From: Scenedesmus sp. PABB004
Taxonomy: Eukaryota
DNA: 64,000 nucleotides
Assembly (NCBI GenBank): GCA_014905635.1
Contig: CM026547.1
Span: 1,364,001 to 1,428,000, forward strand
Reading direction: 5' to 3'
The notes beneath the pieces were generated by a model. The model worked only from the letters and a program-made list of their open reading frames with translations, was not told where the DNA came from and ran no database searches. This document shows, one piece after another, positions 38,201 to 48,926 of this stretch (its first letter is position 1; the number at the start of each line of letters is the position of its first letter). The position numbers were made by a program, and so were the translations under genes.

Positions 38201-38270
38201 CGAGCACGAGGGCCACACGGCGGCGCAGCAGCAGCAGCAGCACGGCGACTCGATGATGATGGACGACTGA
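35201..38270 (+). CDS. NMD3: 60S ribosomal export adaptor NMD3
   Basis: CCLCGTNILPNPSNMCVNCIRSQVDITEGI, CKECGRYL, LVDAGFIWTEPHSKRLKVK, HKRTFLYLEQLI and RTHLGHILHPGD. C-terminal NES-like LEELLDDL. Nine introns, four of them GC-AG. Confidence 0.97.
35893..35979 (+). ncRNA. Intronic box C/D snoRNA with an 18S rRNA guide
   Basis: AT-rich island in an NMD3 intron. Box C GTGATGA 35901-35907, D' CTGA 35934-35937, C'-like TGATGC 35945-35950, box D CTGA 35969-35972. Terminal stem CCGGGGG (35893-35899) pairs with CCCCCGG (35973-35979). Guide CTATTGGAGCTG (35956-35967) is complementary to the conserved 18S sequence CAGCUCCAAUAG. Confidence 0.88.
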
Positions 38271-38671
38271 GGCACCCGCACGGCGGCGCACGGCGGCCGG
38301 CCTGTTGTGAGTTGCGCCGCGCACGGCGGCGGCGGCCGCGTGTACAGTAACGAGCAGGCCGCGGACCGGCGGCCGTGCGCGTGCGAGGCAGCCGGCCGCC
38401 GCGCGGGCCGCAGCGCCCGGCGCAGCGCGCGCGCGGCGTCGCCGCAGCAGCGCCGCAGCAGCCCGCCCGATCGCGTTACCCTTGCCCGCGCCGCACGATC
38501 ACAGAGGCCCACTCCGCAGGCGCCCGCCGATGATGCGGCGTCATCGATGCGCGTCACGGCGCCGCGGCTGCGCTCTTATCAGCGCACCCCGCGCCCTGCC
38601 GGCCCCCACTCTGCGCCCCCCTGCCCGCACGACGCCCCACACGCCGCACACACGCCCGCAGCAGGCTCGCC

Positions 38672-41490
38672 ATGGCGCCGCACGTGTCGCTCGCGCGCGC
38701 CGGGCGCCTCCCGGCCGCCGCCGGCCGGCCCGCGCCGCAGCGCGCGCCCCGCGCCGTCGCCGCGCACGCCACCGGCGGAGACGCGGCGCGCGCGGCCGCC
38801 GCGGCGATGGCGGCCGGCATCGTGCTGGTGCGTCGCGGCCGGCGGCCCGCCGGCGGCGCGCATTTGCCGCCGGCGCCGGCCGCGCCGACCCACGCCGCGC
38901 CCGCACCTGTGCACCGCGCGCAGGCGACCTCCGGCGGGCCCGCCGCCGCCGCGCCGCCGCCGCCGCTCGCGCCGCCCGCGGCCGAGGCGCGCCTCCCTGA
39001 GCGCGCGCCGCCGGGCATCGCGCGCGCGGCGAGCGGGCCGCCGGCCAACATGGAGGACCCGGACAGCTATTTTGACGCGGTGCGGCGCGACGCGCGCGCG
39101 CATGCATGCGTCGAGCCGCTGCGCGCGCCGCTGACCGCCCGCCCGCCCGCGCGCCCGCGCCGCGCAGCTCGAGGGCGGCGCGCGCGCCGCGCCTGCGCTG
39201 GCGGTCAAGTATGTCGAGGCGGGGCGCCCCGTGCGCCCGCTCGCCACGCTGGCCGACCTCAACGCCGACGTGCGCGGCGCGGCCGGCGACTACCGGGACC
39301 CCGCCATCGCCACGCCCCAGGACAAGGTCGCCGGTGAGGCGCGCGCCGCGCTGAGCTGCTGGGGCGGCCAGCCGCCTGCGCGCGCGCCCGCCCCCCGCCG
39401 CGCGCGCCACGCCCCGGCCCGCGCCCGCGCTGCGCGCTCTCTCCCTCCCGCCCAGCGCCGCCGCTGACCGCGCCGCCTCGCCCTCGCCTGCCCGCCCCCA
39501 CGCCCACGCGCAGACGCGCTGAGCGGCGCCTCCACGCCCGACGTCGGCGTCGACCTGGGCGCGGCGGGCGACAAGCTGAGCGGTGCCGCGGACGACGCGG
39601 CCGCCAAGGCCAAGAGCATGTTTGGCAGCGGCAGCAGCAGCGCCGCGCCCGTGCGCCCGCTCGCCACGCTGGCCGACCTCAACGCCGACGTGCGCGGCGC
39701 GGCCGGCGACTACCGGGACCCCGCCATCGCCACGCCCCAGGACAAGGTCGCCGGTGAGGCGCGCGCCGCGCTGAGCTGCTGGGGCGGCCAGCCGCCTGCG
39801 CGCGCGCCCGCCCCCCGCCGCGCGCGCCACGCCCCGGCCCGCGCCCGCGCTGCGCGCTCTCTCCCTCCCGCCCAGCGCCGCCGCTGACCGCGCCGCCTCG
39901 CCCTCGCCTGCCCGCCCCCACGCCCACGCGCAGACGCGCTGAGCGGCGCCTCCACGCCCGACGTCGGCGTCGACCTGGGCGCGGCGGGCGACAAGCTGAG
40001 CGGTGCCGCGGACGACGCGGCCGCCAAGGCCAAGAGCATGTTTGGCAGCGGCAGCAGCAGCGCCGCGCCCGTGCGCCCGCTCGCCACGCTGGCCGACCTC
40101 AACGCCGACGTGCGCGGCGCGGCCGGCGACTACCGGGACCCCGCCATCGCCACGCCCCAGGACAAGGTCGCCGGTGAGGCGCGCGCCGCGCTGAGCTGCT
40201 GGGGCGGCCAGCCGCCTGCGCGCGCGCCCGCCCCCCGCCGCGCGCGCCACGCCCCGGCCCGCGCCCGCGCTGCGCGCTCTCTCCCTCCCGCCCAGCGCCG
40301 CCGCTGACCGCGCCGCCTCGCCCTCGCCTGCCCGCCCCCACGCCCACGCGCAGACGCGCTGAGCGGCGCCTCCACGCCCGACGTCGGCGTCGACCTGGGC
40401 GCGGCGGGCGACAAGCTGAGCGGTGCCGCGGACGACGCGGCCGCCAAGGCCAAGAGCATGTTTGGCAGCGGCAGCAGCAGCGCCGCGCCCGTGCGCCCGC
40501 TCGCCACGCTGGCCGACCTCAACGCCGACGTGCGCGGCGCGGCCGGCGACTACCGGGACCCCGCCATCGCCACGCCCCAGGACAAGGTCGCCGGTGAGGC
40601 GCGCGCCGCGCTGAGCTGCTGGGGCGGCCAGCCGCCTGCGCGCGCGCCCGCCCCCCGCCGCGCGCGCCACGCCCCGGCCCGCGCCCGCGCTGCGCGCTCT
40701 CTCCCTCCCGCCCAGCGCCGCCGCTGACCGCGCCGCCTCGCCCTCGCCTGCCCGCCCCCACGCCCACGCGCAGACGCGCTGAGCGGCGCCTCCACGCCCG
40801 ACGTCGGCGTCGACCTGGGCGCGGCGGGCGACAAGCTGAGCGGTGCCGCGGACGACGCGGCCGCCAAGGCCAAGAGCATGTTTGGCAGCGGCAGCAGCAG
40901 CGCCGCGCCCGTGCGCCCGCTCGCCACGCTGGCCGACCTCAACGCCGACGTGCGCGACGCGGCCAGCGACTACCGGGACCCCGCCGGCGCGGTGCAGCAG
41001 GACAACGCCACGGGTGCGCACCACCACACCTGCGCTGCGCGGGCCGGGAGCATGCGCATGCGCTGAGCGGCCTTGCCGGCGCGCACCGGCCCCGCGCTTC
41101 GCCCACCCACCGCTCGCCGCCGCTCGCCGCGCAGACGCCGCGCGCGATGCCGGCGCGCGCGCGACCTCTGCGTACAAGGAGGCGACCTCCACGGCGCCCG
41201 TCAAGAAGCTGGCCAAGCGCGCCGCGCGCGCGCTCAAGCCCAAGCCCGGCACCAGCGCCGGCGTGGGCGCGGGCTACGGCGCCAGCGGCCGCGTGCGCGA
41301 CTCGGCGGGCGTGCTGCGCAACGCCGACGACCTGCGCGGCCCCGAGGCGCTCCCCGTCGGCAACGCGCGCCTGAGCCGGCCCCTCGTGCGCGACAGCCTC
41401 GGCGTGCGGCGCGACGGCGCGACCAACGAGACCGGCGCCGCCGGCGCGGGCGGGCGCGGCCTCGCCAAGCGCGTGGCCGACAAGCTGTGA
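38672..41490 (+). CDS. Plastid/thylakoid-targeted low-complexity protein with ~4 identical 80-aa repeats
   Basis: The N-terminus resembles a transit peptide plus hydrophobic AxA signal (MAPHVSLARAGRL...AAAMAAGIVL-ATSGG...AEA). The spliced frame stays open through the repeats and ends ...GLAKRVADKL*. Confidence 0.7.
39228..40985 (+). repeat. Perfect 420-bp tandem repeat, ~4.2 copies (180-bp intron + 240-bp exon)
   Basis: Sequence lines recur identically every 420 nt (39241, 39661, 40081, 40501). First intron 39334-39513, first full exon 39514-39753. The last partial copy has two substitutions. Confidence 0.97.
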
Positions 41491-41994
41491 GCGCCGCGCG
41501 CGTGCGGCGGCGGCGGCTGCGGCGGCGCGGGGGTGGCGGCGCGGCGTGTTGACCGGGCGGGCAGTTGGCTGCCGCGCGCGGCGGCGGCGGTGGCGCGCCG
41601 GCAGTTGCGGGGGCGTGGCCTGAACCTCCAGTTTTTGAGGAGCGCGCGGCAACAATGGCCGAGAGCGACGTTCCACCCTCCGATTGCGCAGCAGCTCCCT
41701 CTGCGCGCGCCGCTTGCCCGCTCCCACCCCCGTGCCCGCTCAGCAGCGCTGCCGCCGCTGGCGCCCGCCTGCCTGGCAGCCAGCGCTGCTGATCGCTGTC
41801 GACCGCCCTGGCGTAGGCTCTACGCCAGCTTGGAGCTGTGAGCACGCGTTCGGCGTGCTTGCGGGATTCGGAGCGCGTGGACCGCGGCGGTGCGGGCCCA
41901 TCAGCGCGGCGGCGCTGCTGCAGGGGCCCGCAGCAGCAGGCCGCAACGCCCGTCATGTCGAGACCACCGGCGATCGTGACGACGCTCCGGTGAA

Positions 41995-43602
41995 ATGGCG
42001 CGCTGGGCGGCGGCGGCGGCGCCGCGGCAGCTGGCGTGCGGCCTGCTGGCTGCGCTGCTGCTGCCGGCGGTTGCGGCGTGGTCGTGGCGGACCCGGCCCG
42101 ACATCAGCGCCAACGCGGCGTGCCGCGCCGCCAGCGGCGGGCACGTATGGAAGGGCGACAGCATCTACGGCCAGCTCGAGGTGCGGCCCCCGCCGCCGCA
42201 GCGCGCCGCACCCGCCGCCGCCGCGCCCGCAGCGCGCCAGCGCGCCGCAGCGCCGCCGCCCTTTCTCTCACCACACCGCGCGCGCGCTGCGCCCGGCGCG
42301 CGCCGGCGGGCAGGCGTACCTGCAGGTCAACGGCCCCGTGCTGCGCCTGCCGCGCAACGCGACCGACATCACGACCGCGGCCACGATTCTGCAGCTCGCG
42401 GCGCCGGGGCTGAAGCTCGTGCTCGACCCGCTGCTCTACCTCCAGCTCCTCCCCGAGCCGCGCGGCGTGCCGCGCGTCATCCACATGACGCTCCGCGACA
42501 AGCGCGCGCTCGCGCCGCACCAGCTGCTCTGCATGCTCAGCTGGGGCCGCCGCCACGCGGGCTGGGCGCTGCTGCTGTACGACGACGCCGACATGGCCGC
42601 CTACATGGAGCGCTACTTCCCCGCCCTCATGCCCAGTGAGCGGCGGCAGACACACGCGGCGACGCACCCGCCGCCCAGCAGCTGCGCTGCCCAGCAGCTG
42701 CGCTGCCCAGCAGCTGCGCTGCCCCAGCCCAGCGCGGCGGCGGGGGCAGGCGGGCGGCGGGGCGGTAGCGGCCGCGCCCGACCCCGCGCGCCCGTGCGCC
42801 GCGCGCCGCTCGCAGCCTTCCGCCAGCTCGCGACGCCGGTGGAGAAGTCTGACGCTTGGCGGTACGCGGTGCTGTGCGGGCACGGCGGCGTGTACACCGA
42901 CACCGACACCGTCGCGGCGGCGCGCTTTGAGGACTGGACGTCCTTCAACGCCACGCCCGAGCCGGGGCTGATCGTGGGGCTGGAGAACCGCTTCTACAGC
43001 CAGCAGGTGAGACCGGTGTAACACCGCGCCGCCGCGCGTGGGAGACACGGGGGACACGGGGGACGCGGGAGACGCGCTGCACGCGGCAGCCGTGTGGTCT
43101 CACGGCGCGGGGCGCGTGGTGCGCGGACGCAGGAGGCGGAGGAGGAGTCGTACGTGCACGAGACGCAGGTGACGCAGTGGACGATCGCCGCCAAGCGCGC
43201 GCACCCCGTGGTGTGCCGCATGGGCGCCGCGATCAAGGCGTTTGTGGAGCGCGAGGCGGCCGACGGCAACGCGCTCGAGGCGGTGCGCGCCGCGCCGCGC
43301 CGCGCCGGCGCCACGCTGGCGGCGCGCCGCCCGCAAGGGCCGCGCGGCGGGCCGCGCGGGCCGGCGGGCCGCCGCCCACGCGCGCCGCCGTCGCTGCCGC
43401 GCAGGCGGTGGGGCACGACGCGGCCATCCTGCTGCGCACGGGGCCGGGCATCTGGAGCACCGAGGTGCACCGCTTCCTTGAGCAGATGGGCAGCAGCGCG
43501 CGCGAGGTCGCGCCCGCCGGCGGCGTCGCGGGCGACCTGGTCGTGCTGCCCGTCGCGGCGTTCGGCTGCAACTTCAGGTCGCCGCCGCCGCCGCCGCCGC
43601 CG

Positions 43603-43633
<31 letters not shown>

Positions 43634-43648
43634 TGCCGCGCGCACTGC

Positions 43649-43680
<32 letters not shown>

Positions 43681-44174
43681 CGCTGCGCTTGTGAGCGCGC
43701 GCGCGCTCACGCGGCGGCGCCGCTCCCTCCGCGGGTGCTGGGCTCAGGTACTGGAACGTGGCCAACCGCGCGTCGCTGGTGTACCACATGTACAACAACA
43801 GCTGGAAGGTAGACCACTTCCGGGTCGCGGACGCAAAGCGCGCGGCGCGGCGCGCGGGCGCGCGCGCCGCCGCGCTGCGCACCCTCTACCCGCTGCTTGG
43901 CGTGCTGCTCGCCGCGTGCGCGCTGCTGGGCGCGCTGTACGCGTGGCTCGGCGGCGGCGCGCCCGGGGGACCGCACGCCGGCGCGCGCAGGAAGCGGCGG
44001 GCGCCGCCGGTGGCGGCGGCGCCGTTCGCGGGCGCCAGCGCTGGCGCCGGCGGCGCGCACAGCCCGCGCGGCAGCCCGTGCGGCAGCCCCGCGCGCGGCG
44101 GGGGCGCAGCGGTCACGACCAGCAGCAGCAGCCGGCTGCAGCAGCAGCTGCGCACCATGCGGCGAGTGAGCTAG
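41995..44174 (+). CDS. GT32 (Och1-like, DxD) glycosyltransferase with N-terminal hydrophobic segment and C-terminal TM
   Basis: VPRVIHMT, LYDDADM, VEKSDAWRYAVLCGHGGVYTDTD, QVTQWTIAAKRAHP, RTGPGIWS and VYHMYNNSWK. Six introns. Confidence 0.85.
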
Positions 44175-44858
44175 CGGGGCGCGCCGGCGCGCGGCCGCGA
44201 GGGGGGGGGGCATTCCTTTTGAGCGAGCGGCGGGGCGGTGCGTCGCCGCAACCCCGGACGCCGTGCCGCGGCGGGGCGGCGGCGCGCGCCGGCAGCAGCC
44301 AGAGCGCGCACAGGAGCAGCGCGCGTTGTGACTGACTGCGCTGTGCGTGCGCCGGCCACCAGTTGTGCTGCATGCACGGTGGCGGTGTGGCTGGCGCGGC
44401 CTGCGGCCAGCCTTGGCCGCAGCACCCAGCACGCGTGGCGCGCGGCAGTCGCGGGCGCGCGGTGGCTCTGTCTGACCATATGACCGGCAGCGGGAGCTGC
44501 CCGATGGCCGCGCGCGCCGTGGGGGTTGCGTGGAGCGGCCGCATTGCGCGGCTCGGGCCGGCATCGCGCTGCGCGGCCCCGGCAATGCGCGACGCGTCGC
44601 GGTGCGCTGATCGTCACTAGCAGGGGCTGTTCCCGCCGCACGAGCGTCTCGGCTCACCCATGTGCCGGGTGCCCCTCTGACTGCAGCACAGGCAAAGGGC
44701 CACTTTGCTCGGCGAGCTCCGGGCCGGCTCAGCACAGCGCGCCCGTGCGTCCACGCGCCGCCGCTCCCTAGGCCCTCACTCTCCGCCAGCCACCAGCCCC
44801 ACGCGCGCCCCCGCAGCGGAGCGCTGCACGCGCGTGCGCCGGGCCACCGCGCCGCAGC
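44086..44858 (+). repeat. Left arm of ~770-bp inverted repeat
   Basis: Reverse complement of 48148-48915 with only scattered SNPs and indels. For example, CATTCCTTTTGAGCGAGCGG at ~44211 matches CCGCTCGCTCAAAAGGAATG at ~48770. Confidence 0.95.
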
Positions 44859-44998
44859 AGCGAGGCTCTGCGGCGTCACCCGGCAGGCCAGCAGGCGTCT
44901 GGCGAGAGGCGTGTGACCGCGCCGCGCATGCCTGGCGCCCCCTCGGATCAACAGAGCTCAGTGCCCGATCGCGAAACGTTCGGGCGCACGCCGCGGGG

Positions 44999-46467
44999 AT
45001 GCGCCACGCCGCTGCCGCCGCCGGCGCCGTGCTGGTGGCGTGCTGCCTGCTGGGCCTGGCGACGTGCGCAGTGCCAGGTGAGCCGCAGGGCGCGTGAACG
45101 CATCAGCGGGCGGCGCATTGGCGGACGACGGCCCGGCAACGGGCTGCGTTCTGCCGCGCCGCCGCCGCCGGCAGGCGCGCACGTTGCGCCCGCCGCCGCA
45201 GATGCTCCCACCCAGGACTGCAACGGCCTGGAGGGTGACCAGCTGCAGGTGCGGCCGGGCTGCGGCGGCAGCGGCGCGACAGCCGCTGAGCAGCCGCTGC
45301 TCACTGGCGGTGTCGCCGATCCGTGGTGCTAACGCGCAGACCTGCCGCTCCCGCAGGGCTGCGTCAATGCCTTTGTGGACCTGCTGCGAGCTGCAGAGGG
45401 CCTTGAGGCGTGTGGCGTTGACCAGCGCTGCATCGACCAGTGGTGCGGCGCGGTCCGCGGCAGCTGCCGGTCCGCAGCAGCCTGCGGAGCTGCCGGTCCG
45501 CGGCAGCCTGCGGACCGGCTGGTCCGCAGGCTGCGCCGGCGGACCAGCCGCGCGGCCGGCCGCGCGGCTGCCGACGTCGGCGCGCCGCGCGCGCCGCAGG
45601 GTCAATGCAAAGCACCTGCTGACGACCTGTGGCCTGATGCTGGCCGACTGCGCGTGCCTGGAGACGTTCCCGCCGCCCGACATGACGCCCGAGGAGCGTG
45701 CGGCGCAGCTGCGCGCCTGCCTCAACGGCTGGGTGCTCACGCGGCAGGCGGAGCTCGCCGCCGCGACGTGCGGCACCGCGGCGGACGCGCGCGCGCGGCA
45801 AGAGTGCCTCAACGCCTGGGCCGAGGCGCGGCGCGTCGAGGAGACGCCGCGGGGCGGCCCCGAGGGCGGGCGCTGCCCCGCCGGCCCGCCGGCCGCGCGG
45901 CAGGCGTGCGTAGACGCGTGGGCCAACACCAAGATGTGCCAGCAGCGCGGCATCACCGCGCCGACGTGCGCCGGCGCGTGCGCCCGGCGGACCAGCCCCG
46001 CCGCGCGCCGCGCGTGCGTCAACGACTGGCTGCTCGGCCAGGCGTGGCTCGCGGGCGCGCTCGCGCCGCGCCTGCACGGCGGCCGGCCGTGCGTGGCGCG
46101 GACGTGGAACAGCACCGCGCCGCGGCAGCGCTGCCTGGACTCGTACGTCGTCGGCCGCGCGATGGCGCGCGACCCCGGCGCGCTGGTGCGGCTCGGGCCG
46201 CTCGGCGACGGCGTCGACTGCCGCACGCTGTCCATGCCCCCGCGGCCGGGGCAGCCAGAGGGCCAGCTCGACGCCACGCTCGCCGCCTGCGCGGCTCGGC
46301 TGCTGGAGGCCGCGGCCGCGGGCGACGGCGGCGACGAGCGGCTCGCCGCGTGCTTTGCCGTCGGCGCGCCGGAGGGCGCGCCGCGCCGCGCGTGCGTGCG
46401 GGCCTGGGTGCAGGGCGCGGCGCGGAGGGACACGTGGTGGCGCATCCCCTTCAGCTGGCTCCCCTGA
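44999..46467 (+). CDS. Secreted Cys/Trp-repeat protein (unknown family)
   Basis: Signal peptide MRHAAAAAGAVLVACCLLGLATCA. About 8-9 repeats of C-x(n)-R-x-x-C-[VLI]-[ND]-x-W. Three GT-AG introns keep the frame. Confidence 0.7.
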
Positions 46468-47352
46468 CGTCACGGGTTGACCGCGGGGCGCAGCGCGTGC
46501 TGCGCCGGGGGCGGGGATCGGTCGCAGCAAACCAAATCTGGGATGGAGGCGGTAGATCCATAGAGAGCGAGAGAGAGGGAGAGCACACGGGAATGGATGG
46601 CGGCTGCCCGCGTCGTTGTGTGAGGTTACCGGAGCCGCTTGCGCCTACCACGACAACGTCGGACGAGTGCAGCTGCGTGCACGTCGGAAGCCCCGGCCGC
46701 GGCGCGCGCGCGCGCGCCGCGGCCACGGAGCGCAGTGCCGCAGATCGACGGCAGTCGCCGCCACAAGGAAGGGTTCAACCGAGGGATGCAGCCGGCGCGT
46801 TAGCTGCGCAGCACAGCTCTCGCAGTGCGCGCCTGCCTGCAAGCGTGGCGCGCGCCCACGCCCCCGGCCCTCTGCAAACGAACGAGGCGGCGCCGCGCAC
46901 ACACGCTCGGCAGACGCCGTGCCCTCGGGGCGGGGAGGGCCTCCCCGCCGCCTGTTGTACATCACGACGCGAGAACGCACACCAGGGACCCCAGCCGCCC
47001 TGCCCTCTGCACCCCTAACCCCAGCCCCGCGGCTTGCGCCGCCGCATGCCGCCGAGGCGAGGCCCTACAGGTGTCGCGCCCCCGCCCCCACGGCCGGTGC
47101 GCGCGCCAGGCCCCTCCGCTCTGGCCAGCAAAACTGCGGCGGGGGGCGCGGGGCGCCGCCCTGCCGGCGCGTCGCGGCCCGTTCCTGGAGGGCCTTGGTG
47201 ACACGAGCGAGCGGGGTGCCCTCACGACCGCGCGCATGACGACGGCAGCTGGTTATTGGATGAATAGTTCAGCGCACGAGGAAGGCCGGCGCGCTGCCAG
47301 GCTGCTGCTGCTGCTGCTGCTGCCACTGACGCTGCCGCTGCAGCGCACGGCG

Positions 47353-48101
47353 TCACAGCCCCCGCTCGGCCTTGGCAGCCTTCAGCAGCTTGCCGATCCG
47401 CTGGAACGATGCGTCGTCGCCGTGCGGCTCCGTCACAAACCTGCCGGCAGGGCGGCGCGGCGGGAAAGGGGGTGGGCGCCAGCAGGGTGCTCACGGCGGG
47501 CCGGCTGTTGGCGCGTGCGGCGGAGCGCCGCGTCCCGAGCGCGCCGCGTCCCGAGCGCGCCGCGCCCCGAGCGCGCCGCGCCCCGAGCGCGCGCGCCGCC
47601 GCTCACGAGGCGGTGCCGGGGTCGTAGTGGCTCTGCGTGATCTCCGCCCACACCAGGATGTCGGCCAGGATCTGGCGCTTGCTGTCCTTGGGCAGCGCGC
47701 CGCCGCGCGCCTGCGCCTGCTGCTGCGTCACCTCGCGCTCGTAGACCTCTGCAAACGCGTCCCACATGCGCGCCTCCTGCTCGCTGTCGCCGCCGCCGGC
47801 GGGCTTGATGAGCGTGGAGGGGCTGGTGGCCAGCAGCTCTGCGCGTGCGGCGCGTGCGCGGCGGCGGGCGATCGCGTGGGCGGCCGTTGCGGCCGGCGCC
47901 GGCGGCCGTCGCCCCGCGGCGGCGGCGACCGCGGCGGCCGCAGCCACGCCGGAGCTGCGCCGCACCTCCAAACGCCTCCTGCACGTGCCGCACGGCCTTG
48001 CCGGGCACGGGCAACGGCGCGGGGGCCTGCTGCTTCGCCGCATGCTTGGCGCCCCCGTCGTCGAGCGACAGCGACAGCCGCTGCAGCGACTGCTCCAGCA
48101 T
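47353..48101 (-). CDS. Hypothetical protein (3 exons)
   Basis: MLEQSLQRLSLS...QEAFG|ELLATSPSTLIK...MWDAFAEVYERE...ILADILVWAEITQSHYDPGTAS|FVTEPHGDDASFQRIGKLLKAAKAERGL*. Clean GT-AG junctions and coding-like composition. Confidence 0.65.
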
Positions 48102-48147
48102 CGCGCTGCCTGGGCCTCGGGGGCCGGCCAGGCGGCGCCTTTGCGGC

Positions 48148-48915
48148 GCTGCGGCGCGGTGGCCCGGCGCGCGTGCAGGGCTCCGCTGCGGGGGCGCGCG
48201 TGGGGCTGGTGGCTGGCGGAGAGTGAGGGCCTAGGGAGCGGCGGCGCGTGGACGCACGGGCGCGCTGTGCTGAGCCGGCCCGGAGCTCGCCGAGCAGAGT
48301 GGCCCTTTGCCTGTGCTGCAGTCAGAGGGGCACCCGGCACATGGGTGAGCCGAGACGCTCGTGCGGCGGGAACAGCCCCTGCTAGTGACGATCAGCGCAC
48401 CGCGCCGCGTCGCGCATTGCCGGGGCCGCGCAGCGCGATGCCGGCCCGAGCCGCGCAATGCGGCCGCTCCACGCAACCCCCACGGCGCGCGCGCGGCCAT
48501 CGGGCAGCTCCCGCTGCCGGTCATGTGGTCAGACAGAGCCACCGCGCGCCCGCGACTGCCGCGCGCCACGCGTGCTGGGTGCTGCGGCCAAGGCTGGCCG
48601 CAGGCCGCGCCAGCCACGCCGCCGCCGTGCACGCACAACTGGTGGCCGGCGCACGCACAGCACAGTCAGTCACACACACGCGCTGCATGTGCGCGCTCTG
48701 GCTGCTGCCGGCGCGCGCCGCCGCCCCGCCGCGGCACGGCGTCCGAGGTTGCGGCGACGCACCGCCCCGCCGCTCGCTCAAAAGGAATGCCCCCCCCCTC
48801 GTGGCCGCGCGCCGGCGCGCCCCGCTAGCTCACTCGCCGCATGGTGCGCAGCTGCTGCTGCAGCCGGCTGCTGCTGCTGGGCGTGACCGCTGCGCCCCCG
48901 CCGCGCGCGCGGGGC
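48148..48915 (-). repeat. Right arm of ~770-bp inverted repeat
   Basis: Reverse complement of 44086-44858. It fills almost the whole intergenic space between the PNPOx-like stop (48927) and the ATG at 48101. Confidence 0.95.
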
Positions 48916-48926
48916 CCCGCTGCTGC

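Noticed and set aside
39228..40985. CRISPR-like array
   Set aside because: Units are 420 bp and fully identical, with no unique spacers and no cas genes. The structure is explained as an exon+intron duplication in a eukaryotic gene.
47230..47330. Second snoRNA-like AT-rich island (ATGACGA...)
   Set aside because: Box C is imperfect, and there is no closing stem or recognisable rRNA guide. It fits the 3' UTR of the minus-strand gene.
44086..48915. Autonomous DNA transposon
   Set aside because: No transposase motifs in the spacer and no convincing target-site duplication. Kept only as a possibility under the inverted-repeat finding.
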